Assembly: GCA_000165425.1 (NCBI GenBank)
Contig: CT868640.1
Location: forward strand, 129,142 to 193,141
Length of the DNA stretch: 64,000 nt
Direction of reading: 5' to 3'
Source of the DNA: Paramecium tetraurelia
Taxonomy: Eukaryota
This document shows positions 13,801 through 27,079 of the stretch, in pieces. Each line of letters starts with the position of its first letter. The stretch's first letter is position 1. Under the pieces are notes generated by a model. It ran no database searches. It saw nothing but the letters and a program-made list of their open reading frames with translations, and was not told where the DNA came from. A program made the position numbers and the translations under genes.

Positions 13801-16800
13801 GCAGCAATTGTAATTTTGAATATCATTGAATTAACTATAAAGGATTTATTAATTGGTTTGGGAGAATAGAACTTGAGATTAATTAGAGGTACTAAATGCT
13901 TGTTATTTTATCGATGTCTCAAATATAATGCTATGGCTGTCAAAATAGGGCATATAGCATCTATGACTTTTAAACAATATATTTATTTGACTTTTTTAAT
14001 GTTCTTAGTCATTTTTATGTACGCTTTAGTTGGAATGGAAATGTATGCTAGTGAATTCTCTTAGACGGATTCATTAGGATAATTACATTCATACGATAAC
14101 ATATTTAAGGCTTTTATGACCATATTTAATATAATGACTAACGATGATTGGTATGGAGTCTATGTGATGGGTAGTGATTTAAATTACTCATTCGCCTTAA
14201 TCTATTCATATTCGATGGTTATAATATTGAATTATCTAACTTATGGTTTGTTTATGGCTATTCTCCTTGATGGTTTTGGTAAGTATCTAAATTAATCAAT
14301 TGATAATACTCCCATATTTTAGTCCGAAGATCATGCTCAATTGACTTTAAACTCAAATGAGGAATTAGAGTAGCAAATTTAATAAACAATTTTCAGTCCT
14401 CAAATATCCCAAACTAATATAATGTTGGAGCAAACATAAATACAAGGAAAATCAAAGGTAGGCCTCATTACAAACCTTCTTAAATCCATAAGTACATATA
14501 TTTATTAAATCATTATAGGAGCTTTGAATAAAGAATTACTGAACAAATCACCAAAACTCTTTATCGGAATCGAGTGCCAAACTTCCCTTTACATTTTTGA
14601 AAAGGATAACTGCTTCAGAATAATGTGCACTAAATTAGCCATCTCCAAATCTTATATATACTTTATGGATTTAATTTTGTATGCTTCCTTAATTACTTTT
14701 ATAATGAATACATATTATGACTATGAAGATACTAACAATACTATTTGTGACTAAATTTAACTGATTATCAACATTCAAATGTTTTTAGACATATTGATAA
14801 ATATCATAGCGAAGGGTTTATTTTTAGATAAAGGATCTTACTTTGTATCAGTTTGGTAAATTTTAGACGTAATATATATCATATCACATTTCATAACATT
14901 TAATAATCCTACTGATCATTATGCCAAGATTTTCGATCTTTGTTTGTATTTAGGGTATTTGAGACCAATGAAATTGTTATTTAGAATAAGTTGGCTGACT
15001 CAATTAAGAATAGCCTTGGGATATTCTTTGGTAGATATAACAAATGTATTGATCACAATGTTGGCAGTGTGGATCATGTTTGGAGTGTATGCGATTATAT
15101 TGTATGAAGGACAATTTGGATTTTGTGAAGACAAAATGAATTTCAATGTTAATTATGAATAATGTATATAAGAGAACAGAAATTGGATTAATTACAAACA
15201 CAATTTTGATAATATAACAGTCGCAATACCATCGTTGTTTGTGACATCAACATTAGACGGATGGGGTGAAATATATTAAGTTGCTGAAAATAGCCAATCT
15301 GCTGATATTGGTCCATAAGCATTCAATAGTTATGTGTACACTTATTTCTTCTTTATTATTTTTGTCTTTATAGGTTCAATGTTCTTTTTGAGTTTGTTTA
15401 CAGGAGTATTGTATTCAAATTTGAAAGAAAATCAATAAAAAATAGAAATGACAGATGAAAGTCAGTCTTAGAAAGAATTCTAAGAGATTTCATCCATTAT
15501 AATTAAGGACTTTCCCGTTTTCAGTTCTCCTCCCACAAAGGGTATGAGAAAATTGGCATCAGATATAACTAATAATACATATATGTTAACATGCATGTAC
15601 TTATTTTTGATATTGGATTTGTGCATCTTATTATTATTTGAATCAGATATGAGTGAAGAGTATTTCAGAACTGTAAACAATATCCATAATACTTTTACTG
15701 TATTGTACGTAATTTGGGTGGTTTTGTTGTTTTTGGCATTGGGAGTAGGTAGGTTTTTCGATAATTATTGGAGGCGATTCTATTTTTTCCTGATTATAGT
15801 ATCGATAATAGACTTTATTGCAGATTATTCAGTTGATTGGATTATGGTTTATTACAAATCGACCCCTCATGATAGTGGTTATCAATTGTTGAGATTGTTT
15901 TTTAGTTTGCGGAGTTTGAGAGTGATTCTGATATTCCAAGGACTCATCAATTTACAAAGATTGATGAGAGTGATGGTGTTTGCTTTGCCATTTTTGGGCA
16001 AGATATTTACAATTTTAATGATTGCAATGCTTATTTTTGCTTTGATAGGATGTTAATTGTATGGTGAAATTGATAGTGGAGCTGTAATGGATGATCAAAT
16101 CAATTTTCAAAATGTAGCTTAGGCTCTGCTTGCCTTATTTAAATGTGCATCTGGAGATGATTGGAGAACAATAATGACTGATACGATGTAACATAATCCT
16201 TTGTGTTTAGAAGATCCAAAGTATTGTGGAAGTGTTAATAGTTAATATTTTTTCTTTTTATTCATGCTGTTGTCGAATTATGTGTTGCTCAATCTATTTG
16301 TACTTGGACTTATTGAACAATTTGAACAATTCTTTTAATTATAAAATTCACTCATCTAAACATATGTTGAAAACGTGGATAAGATCAAAACTGTATGGTG
16401 TAAGTACTCTTCAGAAACTCAAGGATAGGCCATGAATTATAAGTTTTTATGCAAGTTCCTCTTAGATATAGGCAAACCTCTTGGGGGAAGCAAAGAAGAG
16501 AATCTTTGGGATGTAGCGAAATTGGCCTCGTCATTCAAATTGAAATGGTATTATATGTTATCTCCATTATTAGTGATCATTATGGCTATATCCAGTATAA
16601 TCAATTGATGTATGAACTCTTTAGGAGATGTTTCATCAACGAAGTTTTCAGAGAGGGTACTGAATCTTCGATAGTAAAAATCAAATAATTCAACAAAGAA
16701 ATGCAGTTGAGATTGATGTACTATAGAAAAAACAGATTATTGGAGAGAACCAATATTGGTCCCACTAAATAGTTAAAAGCTAATTTCAACATCTTACATG

Positions 16801-17357
16801 ACTATTTGACTGTTTTGATTCTATTTAAAACTTGGGAATCATACTCAAAATTAGTTTTCCTTAAGATTGCCAAAGATGGCAACTTTTCAGATTGTGATGA
16901 TATCAGTATTTAGATTGATAAAGTCAGTAAATAAAAGTAAATTCCATCTTATTATTCTAGTTTCAACATTTACAATTATGAAGATGACATGTCTGATTCT
17001 GATAATATGACTCAAAATCAATAGAGTAAATAGTTATCCTAAGTGTTTAACAACACAGTCAATCAAATGCATTATAGTTAAAGCATCAGAAGCAGTCCAA
17101 AAAGCTTAAAAAAGAATAGTGTCAGAAATGCCAGTTTCAAAAAGAATCATAAAATGAAAGTCAAAAAGAAGGACAGTTTGAGCCAACGAATCATTGATCC
17201 AACAGAATATATCACATAAACAAAACATCAAACTACTCTACAAAGTCAAGATCTCTAAGATTAAGAATAATTGCCAATTTACAGAAATTAATTTGATCTC
17301 TCTCTATAAAATGAATATTAACAAGGTACCTTATTAAGTGTAAAAAGAAAGCAATGA
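10825..17357 (+). CDS. Four-domain (4x6TM) Ca2+-channel alpha-1-like protein with D/D/D/D pore
   Basis: Four ion-transport repeats with pore loops TITMDDW, IMTNDDW, STLDGW and CASGDDW. S6 motifs include GFNLVIAVL, YGLFMAILL, LSLFTGVL and LNLFVLGLIEQFE. The cytosolic tail has PLGG. Multiple short introns. Confidence 0.9.
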
Positions 17358-17448
17358 TCAAATTTAATACTTTTTATCAAACTAATTTATTGTTATTTAT
17401 ATCTCAATTCTATATTGTATCAGTTATAAATATAAACATCAATAAAAC

Positions 17449-18460
17449 TCACTCTAAGATAGACTTCAAGTATATTAATTTGGCTGTCACTCCCCTCGCC
17501 TTGTAAAAATCTAAGAAACACAAATTTCTCACATCATATCCCAAGGCTGACAGACACATTTATTTGTAATAGTGTTTTCCAGTAAATATCTTAGCTAATA
17601 GCATATTTATCTTTATTACAATTGTTTTATTCTATATCGAATACGTAATGCTGAGGTCCATTTACTTCTAAGATCTGATTATATTGGGGCAAGAAAAAGT
17701 CTATTTAATAGAGGTCATCAATCAATTTCTCCTGTTCATAAGACAAATTAACCACATTCAACAACAACTATACTTCCTTCTGCAAATGTGATTGCTTATT
17801 CTTCTATAATATGGAATCTTAACCTCCTATCTTCCAACTCTCAGGGATGGGAATATTCTTATTTTGATATAACTCAGACATCAACAAGAAATTTGATGGA
17901 GTTATTTCTGACACATTCTTGTCCTTAATCAAATTGATTAATAATGAACTTTGATCATGAGGGAATAACACAAACAAACAATACAAATATTGATTCAATA
18001 ACTAAGCATCTACTTTGTAATGCAAATTATCAATTAATTAGGATACAAGCTCCATGTCATTACATTGCAAATCAGCACAATATTTTAAAACAGAGAATTC
18101 TACTCCTGAATCAACCTTTATTTGATTATAAATGAGTTAGAGACTCAATTGATCATTAAGATGAGTTGACCTTGCCAAACTTAAGTAATTCCCACACGTT
18201 TGATTCTGAAGGTCCTTTGAGTACTTTTATATGTATTCATTTAGTAAGGAATAAGATTTTTTTATGTTCCTGGAGTATCTATTCTACAATTTCACTATGT
18301 CGATTCCGATATTTATAAATTAGTTGATGTTATCAATCTCACCATTGCTAATGCTTCTCCACTTTAGAAAGAGTTCATTTGTTGTAAAAGGATCTAATTT
18401 AGTGTTGAATTGAATGGCCTTACTAATCAGAGCATTCAGCTCTTTACTTAATTATTACAT
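17449..18460 (-). CDS. RAP-domain (FASTK-like) RNA-binding protein
   Basis: C-terminal SHLQKEVQLLL...YEQEKLIDDLYQIDFFLPQYNQILEVNGPQHY...KQMCLSALGYDV is typical of the RAP domain. Confidence 0.75.
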
Positions 18461-18665
18461 TATAATAGTGATTATAAATTAATCAATTAATAACTACAAT
18501 AAATTAATTATTTTCCATAGAGCATACTTAGATGAATAAAAACTTAGGATATTTTATAATAAAAAGAGAATTCTCTATGTTCTGCTAAATTAGAATAGTA
18601 TATACATTTCTTTAGCAAACTCAAATAAATTTAAATATATTAATAATTTATTCAAGTTTATAAGA

Positions 18666-19043
18666 ATGAAAAATAAATAATAATTTGCTGTTAATTAGAA
18701 TTAAAAACCTTCAGAATATAATCCTTTATTGGATAAATATTTATCATGTTATTTTCAAAGTAAATAAGTAATCAAGACTTTAAACAGAGGCAGACTAATT
18801 AATAGAAAAGGAGAAATCCTTGATTATAGATTATAAAAATAATACATAAGGTATCATTCAGAATTTCCACTTGATAAGTTACCACTTTTGGAAATTCAGG
18901 GAAGACTTCATACCTAAAAATAAAGGGAAAAAATAAAATCTCAGAGTGTTAATTTGACATAGGAATAATTATCGTACCATTTAAATAATACATATTTAAA
19001 GAAGCCTGAAATTTTGGGAAGAAGAAAATAATATGATGTTTGA
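18666..19043 (+). CDS. Small (125 aa) protein carrying an ERICH3-type N-terminal motif
   Basis: Uninterrupted 126-codon ORF containing YNPLLDKYLSCYFQSKQVIKTLNRGRLINRKGEI. This resembles the recalled N-terminal motif of ERICH3 (YNSLxDxHLxxYF...L...G.I...G.I). Confidence 0.55.
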
Positions 19044-19063
19044 ATTATGAATGAAAAATTATT

Positions 19064-21750
19064 TCATTTAATTACCTAATCTGCAGAGACACAAAAGTTT
19101 TACCTTCTCTTATTTGCAACTATAAACATTCCTATTTAAGTTAGTTTGAATTGTTAGATTAGATCTCCTGGATATTGAACATATTGGATAAACCTTTTTA
19201 AAATGCTTAGATTTTAGAAATAGTTCTTCTATTTGACGATTGAAAAATTATCTTTTCTAAAATAATATTTATAAGTCTAAGGACTCTCGAATTCTTAATC
19301 ATCGATGTATGTTTTATTTGATAGTTTCTATATGATAAAGTTAATATCACTAAGATATTGATTGAATCGCTTGTTATCTAATTAATGGATATTTTTTAAT
19401 CTTTATTCTAAAATCTACAAAGTTAATTAAATAGACCTCTACTCAATCATCTTTTCAAACTGGACATAGGTTTAAATTAAGAAATAAGGGTATATTTTAT
19501 TTATAGATATTAATTTATTTACTAATTATCGAAATCTCTTCCGTATAGGATCTTGATTCAATTCGAAAATAGAGATCATCTTTTTCTTAATTTTTGGAAT
19601 ATGATGATTTATAAGTTGTGTGGTATTGGATCTCTTTATATAAAACTTCAATTGTTCTTCATCAATGTTCAGTATGTTATCGAATTTATATAATTAAAAT
19701 AGTTGAGGCTCGTCCTTCTAGATTAATAGAGCATACTATTCTAATTTTTTTCGGTTTTACTTTAAACTTTAAACTTTCTGTCTGGTCCTTTTAAATTCCA
19801 CCCTCTCTTACAGTTTAGGATATAAGTATTTCTTAATTAAGAATTCTTTATCAGGGACAAACTTAATCAAAGGACATTCAATAAGTTTATGTGTATCTTT
19901 TCCACAAGAAAAGCATTTAACATTAAAATACTGATCGTCCCCTTAGAATATTAATTTATCTCTAATAGAGCAAAACAATTCATAATCTTCAGGGTGCTCT
20001 TGTAAGATTTTTAAAAAGCTCTTCCTTTTGAGTATCATTGCTTTAGTGAATCCAACACTCTTAAAAGTTTCGAGAGATTCAGTTCCCAAAATGAAATTCT
20101 TCACTCCAATAGAAGCTCCTTTGTTGACAATTCCAAGATTGATTTTTCTCCCTTATTGCAAACAGATCTAAATGGATCCATCCTCTATATAATACAATAA
20201 AATATCGTTGGGCTATTTCAAATCTTATTCTGGAGAGAGAAGAACCTCTTAAACTTCCTTGATTAATTACTTTTTGAATTATTCAGTGAAAGGTATCCTA
20301 AATAAAGTACACTAGTCGAAAATCTTCTGGTGGGCTTCACTTATCAAAGATTGTCTTAAGAATTCTGATAAAGAATCGATAATTTCTTTCTCCTCTTCGG
20401 ATTGGGAGACCACTTTATTTTCCCAGTAATAGGATAAATATTTCCTCACTTAAACTTATAGACCAGATGAGAGTGAAGTCTTATTCATATATGAGTTAAT
20501 AATTCTTAATTTTCTTTTCTTCTCTTCTGTAAATGCAGAAATCTCAGTGATGATTGTACCTACTGTGTTAACACTATAAGGTAATTGGATGCTGGATATC
20601 ATGATTAGGATAACTGAGACTATCTTTTCGATATTTGACTAGGGTGTTACATCTCCATAGCCAACCGTAAATATGGTGACAGCTGTGTAATAGAAAGCCT
20701 GCAGGTATTAAGTATTCCATGATTATTCCAACATGCTGGTAGAGACTAGCCAACTCCTGCCTTCATAATTATCTATACTATATTTACCAATCTAAAATTG
20801 TTATTGAATAGGATTACCCAAAACCAGAAACATGAGAATAGGTGTATAACATAGAATAAGAATGCAATCAGCTTCAGCAAAGCCAAGATGGATGAGGTTT
20901 ACTTTGATAAATTCAAACCTTCTTCATAATTGGTGACGTAATTGATAATTGTCTTATGATGCACTAAAAATATTAGCAAACCCATATTAATTATATTGTT
21001 GGAAATGTCCAACGATATGTCAGTAAATGCTGAAACTATGAAATAGATAAGTAATTATAAAACTGACAGCCATTGCAACCCATATGTATTATATAAACTG
21101 TTTTTGATGATATGAACTCTAGATTACACAGCCTCTCCATTTTGAAAGTATATTGTGTTTAGACTTAGTAGCAAATCAAAAACTAAGATAAGTAAGAACA
21201 TTATTGAAATGTACCACATATCATGAAAAATGAATTATTGGTTCACCCATGCCAAATCAATAGGTATTATGTATAAAAAGTAGAGACGAGCAGTAACAGC
21301 TACTATATCCCATACCACCTTCATGTACTAGCCAGGGTGAATAAGAGGTAACTTTTCCAGTTTAATTATTATGGATTTTTTAATATCCTAAAAAAACCTT
21401 AATTATTATTAATTTAAGTGGTGTAGTGTAGAAGATTTTCTCTTTGTAAGTACATCTTCAGAAGCCCCCTGATCACCGATCAATGATAGATGAAAGTTTG
21501 TTAATCTCTTTACTTTTCTAATATGATCAAGCATGTTATCCATAAACTTTCTTGTAAACACATTTTTCTTTTCATAATTTAATTATTTCCTGTCATTAGT
21601 TGGCAAACACCAATAATCAGCTTAGAAAGGAGATGATCGACACTACATTAATTTGCTACTTTGAATTTTACTACTGGGAATATTCGATTCATTTTATTCT
21701 GACAGCAATTTTGCTTCAAATGCAAACGGAAGCATCAGTCTATTTTTCAT
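19064..21750 (-). CDS. 6TM K+ channel with cyclic-nucleotide-binding homology domain (KCNH/EAG-like ciliate family)
   Basis: IHPGQYMKVVWDI at the S1 start, pore AFYYTAVTIFTVGYGDVTP, C-linker INSYMNK...VRKYLSYYW, a CNBD, then CFSCGKDTHKLIECP. Confidence 0.9.
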
Positions 21751-22742
21751 TATTTTCAATATATTTATTATATAATTAAATTAGGTTTAAAATTTGTAAT
21801 AGATAAAAGAAATTTCATTAAATATATTATTTTAGACTTCACTTTCTACATCTTTTTCTATTTTGTAATCAACTGAAAGTTCTAATATATATATCAAATT
21901 TAATTATAGTTCAAATAATATAAATATGACAACTTCATTGACTCACACAATTTCCATAATCTACTAAATGAACAACTTATTTATTTTTGAAAATTATCAT
22001 TGATCATGTAAAATATGCACTTTTGATATCTCAATTAATCAAATTAATCTCAACTTATTAATTGATTCTACATCAATGAGTACTCAATTCTACAAAGAGT
22101 AACATATTCAAAAATGATTTGGTAATTAGAAAATTAGTTCCCTGATACAACTCTTTTTCTATTGGTATTATTATCCATAAATAATGCTCTTTTACTCTAG
22201 TTACTTTTTACAACATATTTATATTCTTCATTGTTAATTGATAACAATTCTGAAGTCAAAATTCAAATTCTATTTTTTGCAGTTATGTAATGGCTCTCAA
22301 GTACTTTTAGAATTATTGCTTCTTAAACTAAAATGTCAATTCTCATGTTAGTATGTTTATTATGAACTTTAACCTTAAAGATGAACTTTTAAGATTTATC
22401 TTCACATTAATTATTAGAGTATGTTTATTTTATAGAAAAATTAATTATTAATATAATATTAAAGTACTTATTAATAAATAAAAATTTCTTTATGCAAGAG
22501 TGAAGGATTTTATTATTAAGATATTCACACTATTAAAAGGATAGATAGTTATAATCCACAGTTTGCGATATCTCTTTGTATTCTATAATGATAAAAATAA
22601 GAATATTGGATATTTATTAGATAACATAAACATTTTGATTGTTCTAATTATGATTTCTATTTCAAAATCAAGTAGCTTTAATGTGATTAACAATTTTATA
22701 AAATATCTTAATGTTAATTAAATTGAAATAAAAAAAAATAAT

Positions 22743-24003
22743 TCAATTACTTTTTTACAATTAATTCTATGATCGATTGCTTCTTAACAAAAATTATTTT
22801 CTTGTTGACTATTAAGTAGTATATACCCTATCATTTTATTTGGCTATTCTAGGAGTGAAATGAGATCTTATCTTTGTATATTCTTTATTCCTAGCAGTTT
22901 CAGTTTTCTTATGATATGTAACTTCATTACTTATTTTAAAGAATTAATTTGATCATAATCCACATTGTTTTGGTCTCCAATTCGAGTAATTGAATCTATT
23001 CTACTTGTTATCAATCTTTCTAATTTTTCTTCAAATTCTTCGATTTTGATATCTCTTTGAGTGCTTTTTAGATGTTTATTATTCAATCTAAGAAAGTGTA
23101 AGGAGTTTCTCTTTATTTTCTTCATTTTCTCATCGTCAAATACATATTGAGTCTTATTGAATTCCATGGCCAGGTTCTTAACATCATTTATATGTTATAA
23201 TGATTTTATTGAAATGCCTTAATCCTTATTCCCTTCAGATTAAGTCATCTTTGCAATTATTTCTCCTTCATTTTATAATTTGATAAATTTCTTTTATAGA
23301 TTATTGGTTTCAGGCTTTTTATTTGCCTTTACAAAAAAGTCTTCGTTTCTTTTTGTTTTCTCTTAAACTGTTACAGGGAACTGTTTTTCAAAACCCAATA
23401 AATCATTGTCGTAATGTTTTTTGAATCTTTAATATATTCACAAAATTACACTTCATATAATTATACAAATCGTTGTCCTTCAAATTTCAAATAATTTACA
23501 GGTGTATTTCTATACTCATCTTATTTAATTCTTACATCTTATATCTTTCTCCTTAATTCATTCAAATTACTATATTTCATATTAAGTTATCCATCAATTT
23601 CTTTCATAAATTTATTAACGACTTCAACTTACTGTTATTGCTCTTACACTATTTTTAATTTATTAGATTAAAAGAATCTCTAAAATGCTTTGTCCTCTTC
23701 AGTTTTTGGTCTCTCATAATTTTTACCTAGATCATACTTAATCTCCTCAGGAAAAATCCATCCTCTGCTGGTTGTAGCATTTCTTATCAATCTAAATTTT
23801 GGAGGTCCTTCCAATTTTTTGGTAGTATCAAACCGACAGATTCTTTTTTTACAAAATTTTAATGCTTCCTCCCTTGGACAACTCTAATATTAAGTTAATG
23901 ATACGTTATCCAACAATTTTAAGAAGACTAAAGCCCGTCTTGTATCTACCTTATTTTCGAAAGTTCTGAATTTAGCACACTTATGAACATTCAACTCATA
24001 CAT
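22743..24003 (-). CDS. Hypothetical basic/coiled-coil protein (3' end approximate)
   Basis: ATG at 24003 gives MYELNVHKCAKFRTFENKVDTRR...TTSRGWIFPEE. The long code-6 frame includes track ORF 22931-23167. No recognisable domain. Confidence 0.6.
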
Positions 24004-24566
24004 TATTATTTTTAATTTAATTATTATTTATTTTAGTTATAAATAGAAAATTATGCTCAAACTTAATACTATTGTCAATCATCCACAATCATAATCCTTA
24101 GTTTAAATAAAACCAAGAAAGTGTGTCTCAAATGAAAATAAATTGAAAACCTTAAAGCAATTCCAAAAATTAGAGGAAGGATACATAAATTTTTGAATAT
24201 CTATTCTTATTTGGCCTAGTTAATTTTACCCTTATAATTACTGTCTATAAAATAGTAAAAGAAGTGTAAAAATTAATATGATAAAATAAATATTCAATAC
24301 ATCGGAAACAAATCTTCTCATCAATCGTTTTTATCCAACAAGCCATTCAAATATAAAATAAGTTCTTAAAATGAATGATATTTATTCTTTATATTATCAA
24401 ATATTATCTTTTAGTTTGTTATTCTAGTTATATTTATTATACAATTGACTTTAGCTGATCTACCTCAAAACTAGTTTTATTAATGAATACTTTAATTCAA
24501 ACTTTTGTTCCAATACTTTTAGTAATTGATTGATTGATTATTTTCATAATATTTTATAAACTGAAG

Positions 24567-24961
24567 ATGCTCTCTTAAAAATCATTAAAAGCAAAGTTAG
24601 ACCAATCCATTATATGTGTATCTAATTTTCTATATAACTATAGGTTAAATATAAATCTCTCATAACTTCAGAATAAAAATAGTATGAAATTCCTTCTTAC
24701 TTAAATTCTAAATGCAAAATAAAAATTCGGCAGACAAAACTCAGCCTTCCAAAATTATTTACGATTGTGCCTTCTTTGCCTTCATTAAAATCGATTTCAA
24801 ATAAGCATTAATGTAGTCATAGTAGGATACCTTTAATTGATAATTCATAAAAGCCTCATGAAAGATTGCCATCAATTGTAAATGATACATATTTTTTGAG
24901 AACAAGCTAAGGTGGTTATTTTGAAACCCTTTTAACTCAAAATAAGCAAAAAAAATAATGA
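24567..24961 (+). CDS. Small hypothetical protein (about 122 aa)
   Basis: ATG at 24567 joins TGA at 24959-24961 if a 26-nt GT..AG intron (24618-24643) is removed. No domain recognised. Confidence 0.4.
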
Positions 24962-25149
24962 TGGTTCTATTAATTTATTTAAGTTACTATATGAACATAT
25001 TATTTTATAATTTATGAATATATTTATAAATAACTTCATATATAAATTTAATATTTTATATTTGAATATCTTAACAATAAGATCTTTAATAAATGAAATT
25101 GATGTATAAATAATATTTCTTATGAATATTTGAAAATAATATAAATAAA

Positions 25150-25462
25150 AAACTTATTTTAGTATTTTTCTTCAAATCTAATCTGAAGATAGTCTGAAGC
25201 TTCTTCTTTAACAGAGTTCAGAATCAAGATTGAGAGATAGAATCTTTTACGATTGAGGAGTTCCAACATTTTCTATTGATAGCAATGAATTTCGTTGCTG
25301 ATTTTAAAATTTATCAACAAGAATTAGTTGATTAATCCCAAGAGAATCTAAATATGTGATTATCGATTATTCAACCTCACTCTTAACTGGAAGCCATCCC
25401 TGAATCAATTAATCACTTTTTTATGAGCTTTCCGATTATTTTTACAAAGAAGGGGATTGCAT
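25150..25462 (-). CDS. Small hypothetical protein (3' end uncertain)
   Basis: MQSPSLQKQSESSQKSDQLIQGWLPVKSEVEQSIITYLDSLG... is open for at least about 100 codons with plausible composition. Confidence 0.4.
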
Positions 25463-27079
25463 CAATAATATATTTTAATTATATATTTGGATAATAAATC
25501 AATTAAGTCATGCCTTATTTATATAAACTTAATGTATCAAATTAATTAATTGCAAATCCTCCTTAAAAATTATTTTTCAGATTCATTGTTTTTTCAACTT
25601 CAATCAATTAAAAAATAGTTGAATTAAAATTCCATTGAACTTTTCTAATTATAAATTATTACAATTTCACTAGTAATCCCTTGATTAATTGATATGCATT
25701 GATTTTAATCCATGCAAGTAATAATCAAAAAATCATATTCCCGCCTTCTCAGAAAATACAAAATTTTATATTTTTTAATTTCACTAACGCTTAGAACTTA
25801 AACATAAGTCTTTTTCAATTATATTATCGATATAAATTTAACTCTCTCAAAATTAACAAAGATATTTGGAAATAGGTTATTTGTAATTAATGATTTAATA
25901 TAGACCTTGATTGGGTGGCATTCACAATTTATTAACTTTAGTATATATTAGGGATTCTAAAAATAATCATACTTTTCTTTTACATCCAAATAATTCGAAG
26001 TATAGTTTGAGAAAAATTTCTATATATTAAAGGCAGAAGCAATCCAGGTCAATTTACTTTAAAACATTTGATTAAGCATGCAATAACTTGGATGGTAGAG
26101 TTTCTTAATTGGAGGTTTACATATTGGAATATAAATTATGTTACAATGTTTTTACTACTTAAATTAAGTTCTAAATCATCACAAAATTCAACCTATGCAA
26201 TGATGGTCTAAGAAATAGGTAGGAAGTATTAAGATTAAATCAAGACAACTACATTTATTGAAGGAATTAAGTTAAATGTCTAACTATCTCTAATGTACAG
26301 GATCATTTAAAAATTCAAAAACAAATTCACGCTCTTTTCTATTATATAGACTTATATGATTGAATACAATTAGAGGGAATATTTCGTCATATTATGTATC
26401 ATGTTTATGGTAAAAAAATCTATTTAATATTGATAAAATAAAATATTTATTGCTTTTAGAATTTATTTATAAATTATATTAATATTATAAAGGATTAATC
26501 AATTTTTATCATGCATGATTACTTAATGGTCAATCTAAGGATATAAGAATGTTATAAAGCTCTTTTGGAGATCTCTAGAACAAAAATAATTTCAACTATT
26601 ATAATCAAATCATTCCATTATGTCTTTATATTGCTTCTTAATATCTTTATCAACTTTATGATTTGTGATTGTATTACCAAGTTCTTTCATTTACAGTTCG
26701 TAAAGAACAGACTAGCCCTCTTTATTCTATCAAAGATTTTAATGTAAATTTAAGCTAATTCTTTTCTTGATGACAGTTTTGACTTATATTTCTAAATGCC
26801 CATTTGATGTAGTATTAATGATAAATTCAAGCGAAATATAGTTTTTTTCATATACGCTTTCTTTAATTTCATATTTCATTTAATATAAATATTTATCCCA
26901 TTTAAGGTATAATATTTAATTATCTTGTCACCTCTTAAAATTGCTTTATTAAGCATTTGTATTTGTATTTCAATGCCTTAAATTTAGAATAATGCAATAG
27001 GGATATAAAAAATGGCTTTTTAAAATTTGATTGGTTTTATACGTTAAATTTTATTATTATTTTTATTAATAACTTCTGT

